In this document: positions 9,982 through 20,918 of the stretch, one piece after another
How positions within the stretch are numbered: position 1 is the first letter of the stretch
Layout: each line of letters opens with the position of its first letter
Assembly: GCF_006345805.1 (NCBI RefSeq)
Contig: NW_021829618.1
Location: forward strand, 1-32,149
Reading direction: 5' to 3'
DNA length: 32,149 bases
Source of the DNA: Octopus sinensis
Lineage: Eukaryota
The notes under the pieces: model-generated
What the model was told of the DNA's origin: nothing
The model's input: the letters and a program-made list of their open reading frames with translations, nothing else
Database searches by the model: none
Program-made: the position numbers and the translations under genes

Positions 9982-10320
9982 ATGTCAAAATTTTACTTTT
10001 TTCTTCTCCATCAAGTTGGTAAGATTGAATTCAAAGTTCTCAAGTTCCATGTATGGAATGATTTCTCATTTTGAATTCCTGTTTATTTGCTGCCGTACCA
10101 ATAAATCACTTATCGTATTAGAAGGCTCTCTGTCACGTGCACTCATTCGCACTTTCATGTTTTTTGTTTTTATTTCAGTATAGAACTCCTGGGATTATAT
10201 TTCTATATTTTTAAAAGGACAAAGTGTGATACCTCTCCATTTTCAAATGTTTGCTGTAGGATCGTTAATAGTTAAGTACAAGGTCATATATACGTTCATA
10301 TTGCTAATGAGGAAAAAAAC

Positions 10321-10712
10321 TCTCTGTGTGAAAAGTCTGGCGGCATACACGTTAGCATACAACTAACAACACAGTTAATTAAGATTTATTCAGTGAGTTC
10401 TATTCAACACATGTTTACACGTGGAATTAGCAAAATCATTATTAACTTTAGATGATGGCGTTTTCAAAGTTTTGGCCGATAAAGCTGAACTGAAAAACCC
10501 TACAACGAGGCATGAATTGCACGAAGCCGTCTTGCAGTCTTGGGAAGAGCTATCTGAGCGGAAAATTCGTGGATGTATTCAACATCAAACTCGTGTTCGG
10601 CGTCAAATAGTTGACTATCGTGGTGGTAACAGATTCGTGTAATAAATTTTGTGTTTATTTTTGTTTCATAATATAATTTTTTTCGGATGCAGCCAGACTT
10701 TTTACACAGAGG
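10321..10712 (+). mobile_element. Internally deleted Tc1/mariner element retaining the transposase C-terminus
   Basis: TIRs ctctgtgtgaaaagtctggcggcat / atgcagccagactttttacacagag, TA at 10713-10714; ORF 10421-10642 LTLDDGVFKVL...NPTTRHELHEAVLQSWEELSERKIRGCI...RQIVDYRGG matches the Tc1/mariner C-terminal pattern. Confidence 0.85.
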
Positions 10713-10899
10713 TACATTATGAAGAGTTTAACGTTTTTAGAAAATAACTAAAATGTTCTCTACTTTTAATTTTGCACACTCGATCAGAATATTTCTTAGT
10801 AAATTGAACCATTTGGAAGAGGTATATTTAAGGATATAGGTTAGGTTTATTCTCATTGGTTGAAGTGTGTTAGCTAGAAGACAATATTTCTGCTAATGG

Positions 10900-11290
10900 A
10901 AGGCGGCGAGCTGGCAGAAACGTTAGCACGCCGGGCGAAATGCTTAGCAGTATTTCGTCTGCCGTTACGTTCTGAGTTCAAATTCCGCCGAGGTCGACTT
11001 TGCTTTTCATCCTTTCAGGGGTCGATTAATTAAGTACCACTTGCGTACTGGGGTCGATCTAATCGACTTAATCCGTTTGTCTGTCCTTGTTTGTCCTCTC
11101 TGTGTTTAGCCCCTTGTGGGTAGTAAAGAAATAGGTATTTCGTCTGCCGCTACGTTCTGAGTTCAAATTCCGCCGAGGTCGACTTCGCCTTTCATCCTTT
11201 CGGGGTCGATAAATTAAGTACCAGTTGCGTACTGGTATCAATTTAATTGACTGGCCCCCTCCCCAAATATTTCGGGCCTTGTGCCTAGAG
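10900..11290 (+). mobile_element. SINE family A dimer with two different tails
   Basis: Full unit ending gtagtaaagaaatag joined to gtatttcgtc...; second unit ends in ccccctccccaaatatttcgggccttgtgcc. Confidence 0.88.
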
Positions 11291-12059
11291 TTGACGACAA
11301 CATTTCGTCTAATGGGTTTAGCTACTATAGTGTAATCGAAAATGCTTAGATTAAGCATCTGTTGCCAGTGACAACTGGTTTGCCAACTCATTAGCATATC
11401 AGTTGGCAATGGAGTGGTGGACGGATGTTGGTTCATCAAAAGGGTTTGTCTCTACTGGGAACAAATAGATAATGTTTCCGATCTTTTGTTCGGCGACATC
11501 GCTGGTAAACATAGGATCTGGAATATTTCCATGAAACAAAATAAACAGTTTCCTGCTATACTGTAATACTGAATAAGTTTTTTCAGGACGTTCTAAGTTA
11601 TTCGAGTATTTTCATACCTGTACTCCATGAATTTCTAAACGGTTTGGAAGAAAGAAGTTCCCTTCTTGTTTACCGTTCTATACAAGTGTCCATACTAGTA
11701 GAATCGGTTCTCGGTATAATGTGTCCGGTATAATTTCTCTCAATTCTGTCAGGGAGTCTTTTAGTTACTTTAAGCACCACCATTTTAATAAGGTACTATT
11801 CCTATAATTGGGTTGATTAAGGGTTTTTGTAGTTACAAATCGGTTGATGTGGAAGTGGGGGCTATCTAGATGTATCTCTTAGGTTTTGCTGTGAAATCTA
11901 GGAGGTAATATTATTCGGTCATAAATAACTGACTTCAGTAATTAAATGTTGAAAAATTGTTGTGTTGCGCTGGTTGTTTTGCTAAGAATAATATCTTTCA
12001 AGCTATGTAAAAGAAGAAATAGAAAAATAACAAAAGCCACAAAGACAAGAATAATAGTT

Positions 12060-12060
12060 A

Positions 12061-12107
<47 letters not shown>

Positions 12108-12273
12108 GATGATGACGATGACGATGACGATGACGATGATGATGATGATGGCGACGACGATGATATGGATGATGATGAAGGTGATATTGTTGATATAGTG
12201 ATGATGATGATGATGATGATGATAATGATGATGTTCATATGATGATAATGATGATGATGACGATGATGACGAT
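12060..12273. repeat. (GAT)n/(GAC)n microsatellite
   Basis: Direct reading. Confidence 0.92.
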
Positions 12274-12965
12274 GTCTTTATTGTTACTTTAGAATACTTC
12301 TGTGTGATTAATTCTGTTTTGTTTTTGCGTGTTTTGAGGAATTTTTCTAAAATTATTTAGTCTTGGAGAATATTTATTTTGATTGTAAACATTCGGTATT
12401 GTTTTATCAGAGTCAACTTTAGTTTATATGCATTCTCCGAGAATATATAAAACAAATTATAGCTACTCCTACTCACTCCATCGCTCTCCTTTGCTCTCCC
12501 TCTCTCTCCCTGTCTCTCTTTCTCTCTTAGTCTAGCGCCCACAAACATTCAGACACAATTATACATGTATAAACACGTACATTTGTACACACGCATATAT
12601 ATATGACATACATCCATATTTATAGTAAAGGATAAAGAAAAAAAAAACAATATACACATATATATAAAAAATATAATAACAAAAGTAATACAAGGGCAAC
12701 GAAGACATTCTGTAATTGTTTGACGCCAGGGAGAAAGAAAAAAAGAATTTCCTTTTTTTATATTTTGGACTTAATGGTCCTTCATCGGAAAAGAAAAGAA
12801 AAAAAAATGAAGATAATAAAACAAAGAAAGTAAAAAAAAAAAGGGTTGAGACGAATTACTCACGGTATGTATTTTTTTACGATTGCGCCAATAAAATAAG
12901 TGCACTAGACAAGTACTGGAGCCTGTTTAATCTAAATTTGAAGCGTTTGTACCTATGTCATAAAC

Positions 12966-13285
12966 CAGAGGTTCTCAAACGTTTTGGGGCCACATAATAC
13001 CCTCAGCGCCCCCGTCCCAATTTTTATGTATAAATAAATATTTTATATTTTACTAATTTATATATACTATGAATCATTTGATATTTACTACAATATTATA
13101 TAATTTGTATACAATACTATGATAATATTATAATATATTCATAGCGCCCTCCATTTCACTGCCTTCCTCCCAACGCCACCTTTTTTCTCTACCGCTCCTT
13201 CCCATCGCCCCCTTAGGCACCAGCACCTACCTGTACCGTCTCAACGCCCACCAGTGGGTGGTAGCACCCACTTTGAGAACCTAAG
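12966..13285. mobile_element. hAT-type MITE (320 bp) with 8-bp TSD
   Basis: TIR cagaggttctcaaac / ctttgagaacctaag; TSD tcataaac at 12958-12965 and 13286-13293; a related end fragment lies at ~30330-30380. Confidence 0.85.
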
Positions 13286-13301
13286 TCATAAACCAACAAT
13301 A

Positions 13302-13689
13302 AGGCGGCGAGCTGGCAGAACCGTTAGCACGCCGGGCGAAATGCGAAGCCGTATTTCGTCTGCCGTTACGTTCTGAGTTCAAATTCCGCCGAGGTCGACT
13401 TTGCCTTTCATCCTTTCAGGGTTGATAAATTAGGTACCAGTTACGCACTGGGGTCGATGTAATCGACTTAATCCATTTGTCTGTCCTTGTTTGTCTCCTC
13501 TGTATTTAGCCCCTTGTGGGTAGTAAAGAAATATATATATTTTTCCGAGGTCGACTTTGCCTTTCATCCTTTCGGGGTCGATAAATAAAGTACCAGTTAC
13601 GCACTGGGGTCGATGTAATCGACTTAATCCATTTGTCTGTCTTTGTTTGTCCTCTCTATGTTTAGCCCCTTGTGGGCAATAAAGAAATA
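13302..13689 (+). mobile_element. SINE family A dimer with 17-20-bp TSD
   Basis: Head at 13302; second body starts at ccgaggtcgac after a (TA)/T linker; gtcataaaccaacaata on both sides. Confidence 0.88.
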
Positions 13690-14050
13690 TATGTCATAAA
13701 CCAACAATAGATTAATTACAATGATGATCGCACTATAATAGTCTAGAATGAAGTTTCGATTTCCAGTTTGAGTTATTTGGTTCGACGAACACCAAAAAAG
13801 CTTTTGGAATATTCTTTTTTATGTTACCATCCCACCACAGACTTATCATTAATTTCATTTAATCTTGAGGGTTCTTTCTGTGTTCACATCCCGCAAATCA
13901 AGTTTATCTATTTGTTTCGTTTGTAGTCAGTACTTGGAGATACCAATAATAAACTGCAAGCAATTAATTGCATTTACTATATACCCTCTCCCTTTATTCT
14001 ACTTCTTTTTTTCTGCTTTGTTATAAGCTTATTCCCTTTATTGAAAGCAA

Positions 14051-14302
14051 TTGTTATTGTTATTGTTATTGTTATTGCTGGTCTTGTACCTAACTAGAAA
14101 CAAACCATCATCATCACCCTCCTCCTCCTCCTCCTCCTCCTCATCATCATCATCATCCTTCTTCTTCTTCTTCTTTTTCTTCTTCTTCTTCTTCTTCTTC
14201 TTCTTCTTCTTCTTCTTCTTCTTCTTCTTCTTCTTCTTCTTTTCTTCTTCTTCTCTTCTTCTTCTCTTCCTTCTCTCTCCATATTATTATTATTATTATT
14301 GT
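14051..14302. repeat. (TTG/TTA), (CCT), (CAT), (CTT)n compound microsatellite
   Basis: Direct reading. Confidence 0.9.
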
Positions 14303-14357
14303 TAGGAAATTCTAAAAACGATAGAACGTTTTTATCGTATAATGTTAAGTTAAACAT

Positions 14358-14530
14358 ATTTTCTTTATTTTGGCACTACGGCCATTCACGAAGAAGGGAC
14401 GACACAAGGACAGGCGGAGCACCACAGTCGAGACAGAAAACATAAAACGAATGAACATGAAAAAAAAAAAATGTATAATAAAATCGATGGCGATGCAATG
14501 GCCGTATTGAACCCCACTCTCATTCAGTAC
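14358..14530 (-). mobile_element. 3' UTR remnant of an L1/Tx1-like LINE
   Basis: On - strand catcgattttattata...T-rich...gtccttgtgtcgtcccttcttcg...aaaataaagaaaat resembles the 3' UTR at 15850-15987. Confidence 0.5.
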
Positions 14531-14839
14531 CATTTAATTATTAATTTATACAATTATTGAAGTTTTCTTATCTTTCTGCATCCTTCTTTTTTCCTTTTTT
14601 TCTTTTTAAAGGATTCCCTTATTACCAGTGATTAAAGGTATTAACTTCTCGTATTCAACTACTTTTGGTAATTCCTCAAATTCAATTTCTTTCCCCAAAG
14701 TGTTCACATCTTCTCCAAATAGTTCTTTCAACCTTCTGTACCTTTCTTTGTCAATTTCCCCACCTTTGATGTGTTCTGGGCAACTCTTTGCTGGCATTTT
14801 AATTCTTATAGCACCTTTGAATTTCGTTATTTTCCGCTC

Positions 14840-15987
14840 TATGTGAAACGCTCTACTTGCTGCCAACAACCGTTAAAGGGTGGGCTAGGGATGCCCTGGC
14901 TCTTGATGCGCAGACATGCGCTGAGGTTGAGGCATCTGTAGCTCTATCTGGATGGTGAACGGGTGTGGTGTCCGCTGGCTAAATGGATATTTCCCAAGTT
15001 CACTAGTTTCAGTGGACGGGAATCCTGGTTCTATCGAAGATCGAAGTTGAGTACAGGGTTTACGGAATGTCGCAAGGCTCTCCTGCTATTCCTTCGCTCG
15101 GGCAATGCCTGCGGTGGAGGTTCCACCGCATTCTTTTATCGAGGGCTTGTAGAGGCGGAATGTGACGATACTTTAGGGGAAACCCTAGGTCTCGACTCTA
15201 ATCGGCTGGCCAGTCTGTTCCAACGTACATTCGGGCCGAAGACCCGGGACAACTTTCAGAAGTCTCTGGCATGGCAGTGTTACAGAGGGGCCTTATCTGT
15301 TGGGGACAAGCTCACAAGGCATGGTGGCTGTGGCCCTTCGACCTGTCCAAGATGCGAGCGGGATAGGGAAACCGTCCCGCATGCTATTGTTCAATGTTCG
15401 GAGGTGTCAGATGTGTGAGTTTATACGGAACAACTCTTGTTAAGTGCAGGAAGAGTACAGCTATCGACTGAGTCTATAGTAAAAATTGACCCGCCTGATT
15501 TCCTTTCGAAATAAGATAAGAATTGTTTTCTCATTGTAGTAGCAATTGCGAGAGAGGTAATTTGGAGAACGAGGCTGAAAGGGTTAAAGTCAGGCACTTT
15601 CATCTCTGGCCCTGAATTGGTGAATTACTTCACCTTTCACCTTAAAAGGAAAATAGGGCTAGAGAGAAAATGCCTGACTGTGAAAATGTTTGAAAATCGA
15701 TGGAAGAAAGTAGTACGGATGTTGCGTGTGGATGGAACCTCATGAATGCGACACAGGATGTAACTCAGGTATCAGTGGCGGGGCGGAGCTCGTGGGGTCC
15801 GAATTAAACCGCCCCCATTCCATCCGTAATGTCTTCCGGTCTGTCCTACCATTCGATTTTATTATATTTTCTTATTTTTGTAGAATTTTTAATGCCATTT
15901 TTTTTTTGTATAATCACTCGCTCATCTGACCCCAAAACCAGATTGTATTGTCCCCTCTTCGTTGGTCCCTTGTGGATAATAAAAAAA
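14840..15987 (+). mobile_element. 5'-truncated L1/Tx1-clade LINE: ORF2 C-terminus (zf-RVT) and 3' UTR
   Basis: One frame 14840-15745: VKRSTCCQQPLKGGLGMP...SLAWQCYRGAL...CPRCERDRETVPHAIVQC...AREVIWRTR...FENRWKK; three in-frame stops (14939, 15416, 15512), no frameshift; ends in aataaaaaaa. Confidence 0.9.
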
Positions 15988-16334
15988 TCAATATTTATGT
16001 GAATTTTGAACGCTGCATTTGTGGCAGGTTGTGAAGTAATTTTGCTAGCTATTTTCTGTTAAGATAAATAGCTAGCCTCAAAATTTGTATAAATAGCTAA
16101 AGGCTGTATGATTTTAATAATTTCATGTAGCCAATTTTTTGTATTAGACAACTAACTGTAAATTTTGTCTAATGGTTACTCAGTATGCTTGTATGAAGCA
16201 GTTATGCGTAAATTTAAGGCAGACTAAATTTTTGTTTGACTATTTGAGTTTTTAAAACTATAATTATTGATGTAGTCTAGCAGCCAGTTTGTGTCATGAA
16301 CTTTTAATTTAAATGGTTGCTCTGACATTAGATT

Positions 16335-16540
16335 TATTTATGTTTTGGTCCAAGGTTCGAAATCCAATGTTCGAAAACTGAATTTGTGAAGCCAGATTTT
16401 ATGAAATCTAAATTTTCGGAATACATGTTTTTTGAAAACTAAATTTGTGAGGGCAAGTTTTGTGTGAGGCCGATTTGAGTGAAACCAACTTTGTGAATCC
16501 AGAGTTACGAATTCAAGTTTGTGAAATCAAGTTGAGGCTG
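16335..16540. repeat. Degenerate 14-16-bp minisatellite (consensus about tcaaatttgtgaaa), fading leftwards to ~16000
   Basis: Units such as ctgaatttgtgaag, actaaatttgtgagg, accaactttgtgaat, tcaagtttgtgaaa. Confidence 0.6.
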
Positions 16541-16566
16541 GGTTTCTGACTCCGAATTTCTGTACT

Positions 16567-16590
16567 ATATATATATATATATATATATAT

Positions 16591-16638
<48 letters not shown>

Positions 16639-16662
16639 TATATATATAACACATATATATAT
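16567..16662. repeat. (TA)n microsatellite
   Basis: Direct reading. Confidence 0.9.
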
Positions 16663-16880
16663 ACTACCTTTATAAATATTTTGATTGCACGTTTAGTGTA
16701 GCATTAATTTACTTTTTTCGTATATATTTATTTTGTATGTAGACTGTTTTTTTTTTATGCTAACACTTATTTGTCAATATTTTACAAAAAACTTCATGGT
16801 GTGTTGTTGTTTTGGGTTCACACCATCCTCGTTGGTTGTAGAAATTCGGGTTATGGCCACCAGGTCGTAACAATATTATT

Positions 16881-18343
16881 ACCTATTTCTTTACTACCAA
16901 TAAGGAGCTGAACACAGAGGGGACAAACAAGGACAGACAAACGGATTAAGTCGATTACATCGACCCCAGTGCGTAACTGGTACTTATCTAATCGACCTCG
17001 AAAGGATGAAAGGTAAAGTCGACCTCGGCGGAATTTGAACTCAGAACGTATCGGCAGACGAAATACCTATTTCTTTACTGTCTACAATCTATTTCTTTAC
17101 TACCCACAAGGGGCTAAACATAGAGGGGACAAACAAGGACAGACAAGCGGATTAAGTCGATTACATCGACCCCAGTGCGTAACTGGTACCTAATTTATCG
17201 ACCCCGAAAGGATGAAAGGTAAAGTCGACCTCGGCGGAATTTGAACTCAGAACGTATCGGCAGACGAAATACCTATTTCTTTACTGTCTACAATCTATTT
17301 CTTTACTACCCACAAGGGGCTAAACATAGAGGGGACAAACAAGGACAGACAAGCGGATTAAGTCGATTACATCGATCCCAGTGCGTAACTGGTACCTAAT
17401 TTATCGACCCCGAAAGGATGAAAGGCAAAGTCGACCTCGGCGGAATTTGAACTCAGAACGTATCGGCAGACGAAATACCTATTTCTTTACTGTCTACAAT
17501 CTATTTCTTTACTACCCACAAGGGGCTAAACATAGAGGGGACAAACAAGGACAGACAAGCGGATTAAGTCGATTACATCGATCCCAGTGCGTAACTGGTA
17601 CCTAATTTATCGACCCCGAAAGATGAAAGGCAAAGTCGACCTCGGGGAATTTGAACTCAGAACGTATCGGCAGACGAAATACCTATTTTTACTGTCTACA
17701 ACTATTTTCTTTACTACCCACAAGGGGCTAAACATAGAGGGACAAACGGACAGACAAGCGGATTAAGTCGATTACATCGACCCCAGTGCGTAACTGGTAC
17801 CTAATTTATCGACCCCGAAAGGATGAAAGGTAAAGTCGACCTCGGCGGAATTTGAACTCAGAACGTATCGCAGACGAAATACCTATTTCTTTACTGTCTA
17901 CAATATATTTCTTTACTACCCACAGGGGCTAAACATAGAGAGGACAAACAAGGACAGACAAGCGGATTAAGTCGATTACATCGACCCCAGTGCGTAACTG
18001 GTACTAATTTATCGACCCCGAAAGGATGAAAGGTAAAGTCGACCTCGGCGGAATTTGAACTCAGAACGTATCGGCAGACGAAATACCTATTTCTTTACTG
18101 TCTACAATCTATTTCTTTACTACCCACAAGGGGCTAAACATAGAGGGGACAAACAAGGACAGACAAACGGATTAAGTCGATTACATCGACCCCAGTGCGT
18201 AACTGGTACTTATCTAATCGACCTCGAAAGGATGAAAGGCAAAGTCGACCTCGGCGGAATTTGAACTCAGAACGTATCGGCAGACGAAATACCGCTAAGC
18301 ATTTCGCCCGGTGTGCTAACGTTTCTGCCAAGCTCGCCGCCTT
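16881..18343 (-). mobile_element. SINE family A heptamer: one head and seven bodies, period 200-206 bp
   Basis: Unit boundaries (acctatt) at 16881, 17065, 17271, 17477, 17681, 17881, 18085; single head 18291-18343. Confidence 0.93.
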
Positions 18344-18384
18344 AACATTATAATTACCAGGTCGTAACATTATTATTATTATCA

Positions 18385-18756
18385 TTATTATTATTTCTTT
18401 CTTTTTAAGCTTAGGAGGTTTTGTTGTAACTCCTGCAGTCTTGCATGCGTATCGGGCCTGCAGCTTTCAGTATCATGCTATCTGTTCTTTTCAACTAATA
18501 CTTTTCTGGTTATTCTAGCCGTGCCAAAGAGGCAGACCTTTCGTAACAACTCTACTAGGCACTCTATTCCGATCAATTTTAACCTTGATACCTTCTGGTA
18601 CTGTCTTCAAGGACCCAACTATAATCTTGACCGTCTTCATTTTCCGTAGCCAGGCTATTTCGTACTTAAGAGGATTGTATATATATATATATCTATTTTT
18701 TCGACATTCTTCTCGACCATTCGTGGATCAGAGAGGTACGAAACATCAGCAATTAT
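18385..18756 (-). mobile_element. R4/Dong-clade LINE 3' end (restriction-like endonuclease remnant) abutting (TAA)n
   Basis: IIADVSYLSDPRMVEKNVEKID..LKYEIAWLRKMKTVKIIVGSL..IGIECLVELLRKVCLFGTARITRKVL (frameshifted), a typical RLE C-terminus. Confidence 0.8.
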
Positions 18757-18775
18757 CATCATTATTTTTATTGTT

Positions 18776-18818
<43 letters not shown>

Positions 18819-18822
<4 letters not shown>

Positions 18823-19193
18823 AGCGCATGCCATCAAAGTGACACTGGGGTACAAATATGCAAAGCCCAATATACCCATCATGACTACCTGTCTGATAAG
18901 GGTACACCCAGCACATGCATCATAACCATATGAACACGACATAGTGATCTCATATCAAGATAAACAGTGCATGACCTTGCGGATGGGGCTCAGTTAGAAT
19001 TTTCTTCAAGTTGAGTTGCCCATCTCGCTCAAAGGTTTAAGGATGTGGAATAAGGTTTGTTTAAGGATTATGAATGAACCACCCATGTTTCCAGAGGTGA
19101 ATTATTCAACCCCCAAAGAATTCCGCTCAACATATGGCTATGATGCTCCCCCACTATTTCTGCTCATGATCAGAGATGCACATATCGTCAGCC
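18819..19193 (-). mobile_element. Unclassified dispersed repeat (family D), copy 1
   Basis: Collinear with 19966-20415 over ~375 bp; orientation inferred from the microsatellite/(TAA)n side. Confidence 0.75.
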
Positions 19194-19229
19194 ACCATCA
19201 TTATTATTATTTCCATTTATTATTAAAAG

Positions 19230-19677
19230 GTACGGCAGAATAAAGGTAAAGCTACAGGAGAACGATAGCGATATTATTTGCGACCTTGGAGGTTGATCGA
19301 CGGAAACTGAACCAAGAAACGAAAAATATGAAATTCTGAAATACATCAGAACAAAAGGCGTCGCAGAAACAAATGATTTGATCAAGGCAGCAAGTATTGT
19401 CGTAGCAGAAAATGAGGATATTGACGTCAAGAAAAAGAAATATAATGGGAGTGACAAAAGGAAAGATCCATGGTAGAAAAGGATACAGGCGGAGTTAGAT
19501 ATGCCCTCGAAGGACATTTCTGTGTTTGACCGAAAAGAAAAGGGGGCTTAAAAGCAAAAAGAAAATACAGAGCACTGAACAGGAAGTATGATATTGCAAG
19601 AAAGGGCCAGATTGTGGTAATTGAGAAACTGAATTAGCACCTCATTGCAAAGAAAGCAAAGCTGGCACCGTATTACA
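19230..19677 (+). mobile_element. R4/Dong-clade LINE fragment (region N-terminal to RT)
   Basis: EILKYIRTKGVAETNDLIKAASIVVAE...KDPW*KRIQAEL...KDIS...LNRKYDIARKGQIVVIEKLN; homologous to 30745-31010. Confidence 0.75.
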
Positions 19678-19724
19678 TCTCCAGCGTTAGAAGCTGTACA
19701 AAGGCAATAATAATAATAATATTC

Positions 19725-19900
19725 ATATAACATCCTTTTTTCCATGTTGGCATGGGTTAGACGGTTTGACTGGAACTGTACGCCGGAGAGCCGCACAGGG
19801 CGCCAATCTGAATTTGGCTTCGTTTCTACGACTGGATGTCCTTCCTAACGCCTACCACTCCGAGAGTATAGTGGGTTCCTTTTACGTGTCACCGGCACCG
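19725..19900 (-). mobile_element. RTE-derived SINE/non-autonomous element fragment
   Basis: On - strand ggtaggcgttaggaaggacatccagtcgtagaaac (RTE 5'UTR-like motif) followed by ccgtctaacccatgccaacatggaaa and a (TAT)n-like end. Confidence 0.6.
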
Positions 19901-19965
19901 GTCACAACTGCAATTTTATGTCACTGGTATCGGCCACAGCTGTTACTATTATTATTATTGAGATA

Positions 19966-20415
19966 GAGAGCAGTTCATGCCATCAAAGTGACACTGGGGT
20001 AAAATATCGAAGCTCAATATACCCATCAGACTACCCGTCTGATAAAGGTACACCAGGCACATGCATCACAACCATATGTGCGCGACATGGTGATCTCATA
20101 TCAAGATAAACAGCACATGACCTTGCAGGTGGGGCCCAGTTAGAATTTTCTTCAGGTTGATAGCCCATCCCGCTCAAACGGTCCCTGAATAGGGTTGTTT
20201 AAGATGTTGAAAGAACCACCCATGTTTCCAGAGGTGAACTATTCAAACCCCAAAGAATCCCTCTCACACATGGCTATGATGCTCCCCCACTACTTCTGCT
20301 CGTGATCAGAGATGCACATATCGTCAGCCACTAAGGGACATGCTCAACTGGTTATGGTCAAACAACTGACAGCAAATCTGTGGTATTGAGCAGAATATTT
20401 GCTGTAGCCCATCTT
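19966..20415 (-). mobile_element. Unclassified dispersed repeat (family D), copy 2
   Basis: Direct repeat of 18819-19193, extends ~85 bp further; flanked by (ATT)n on both sides. Confidence 0.75.
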
Positions 20416-20418
20416 TTT

Positions 20419-20663
20419 ATTATTATTATTATTATTATTATTTTATTATTATATTATTATTACTATTATTATTATTATTATTATTGTTATTATTATAATT
20501 GTTGTTGTTGTTAATATTATTATTGGTGTTGTTGTTGTTATTGTTATTTTTATTGTTATTATTATTGTTGTTGTTGTTGTTATTATTATTATTGTTGTTG
20601 TTGTTGTTGTTGTTAATATTATTATTATTATTGTTGTTGTTGTTGTTATTATTGTTATTTTTA

Positions 20664-20724
<61 letters not shown>

Positions 20725-20846
20725 TATTACTATTATTGTTATTGCTGTTGTTGTTGTTGTTGTTGTTATTATTATTATTATAGTATCGGTTGTTCAAGGT
20801 AGCAACAACGACGACGATGACGTTGATGACTTGATGATGTTGATGA

Positions 20847-20877
<31 letters not shown>

Positions 20878-20918
20878 AGTGGTAGTGGTAGTGGTAGTGG
20901 TGGTGGTGATGATGATGA
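20419..20918. repeat. (ATT)n/(GTT)n/(GAT)n/(GTAGTG)n compound microsatellite
   Basis: Direct reading. Confidence 0.93.

Noticed and set aside
9664-10022. Recurrent MRNWY..RPRKDERQSRPRRNLNSERSGRRN peptide family
   Set aside because: Antisense translation of SINE family A; recurs wherever the SINE does
16335-16540. Pentapeptide-repeat protein (EADLSETNFV-like reading)
   Set aside because: Unit length varies from 14 to 16 bp, breaking the frame, and stops interrupt the reading
16881-18343. CRISPR-like regular array
   Set aside because: Units are ~206-bp near-identical SINE bodies with no unique spacers, no cas genes, and a eukaryotic context
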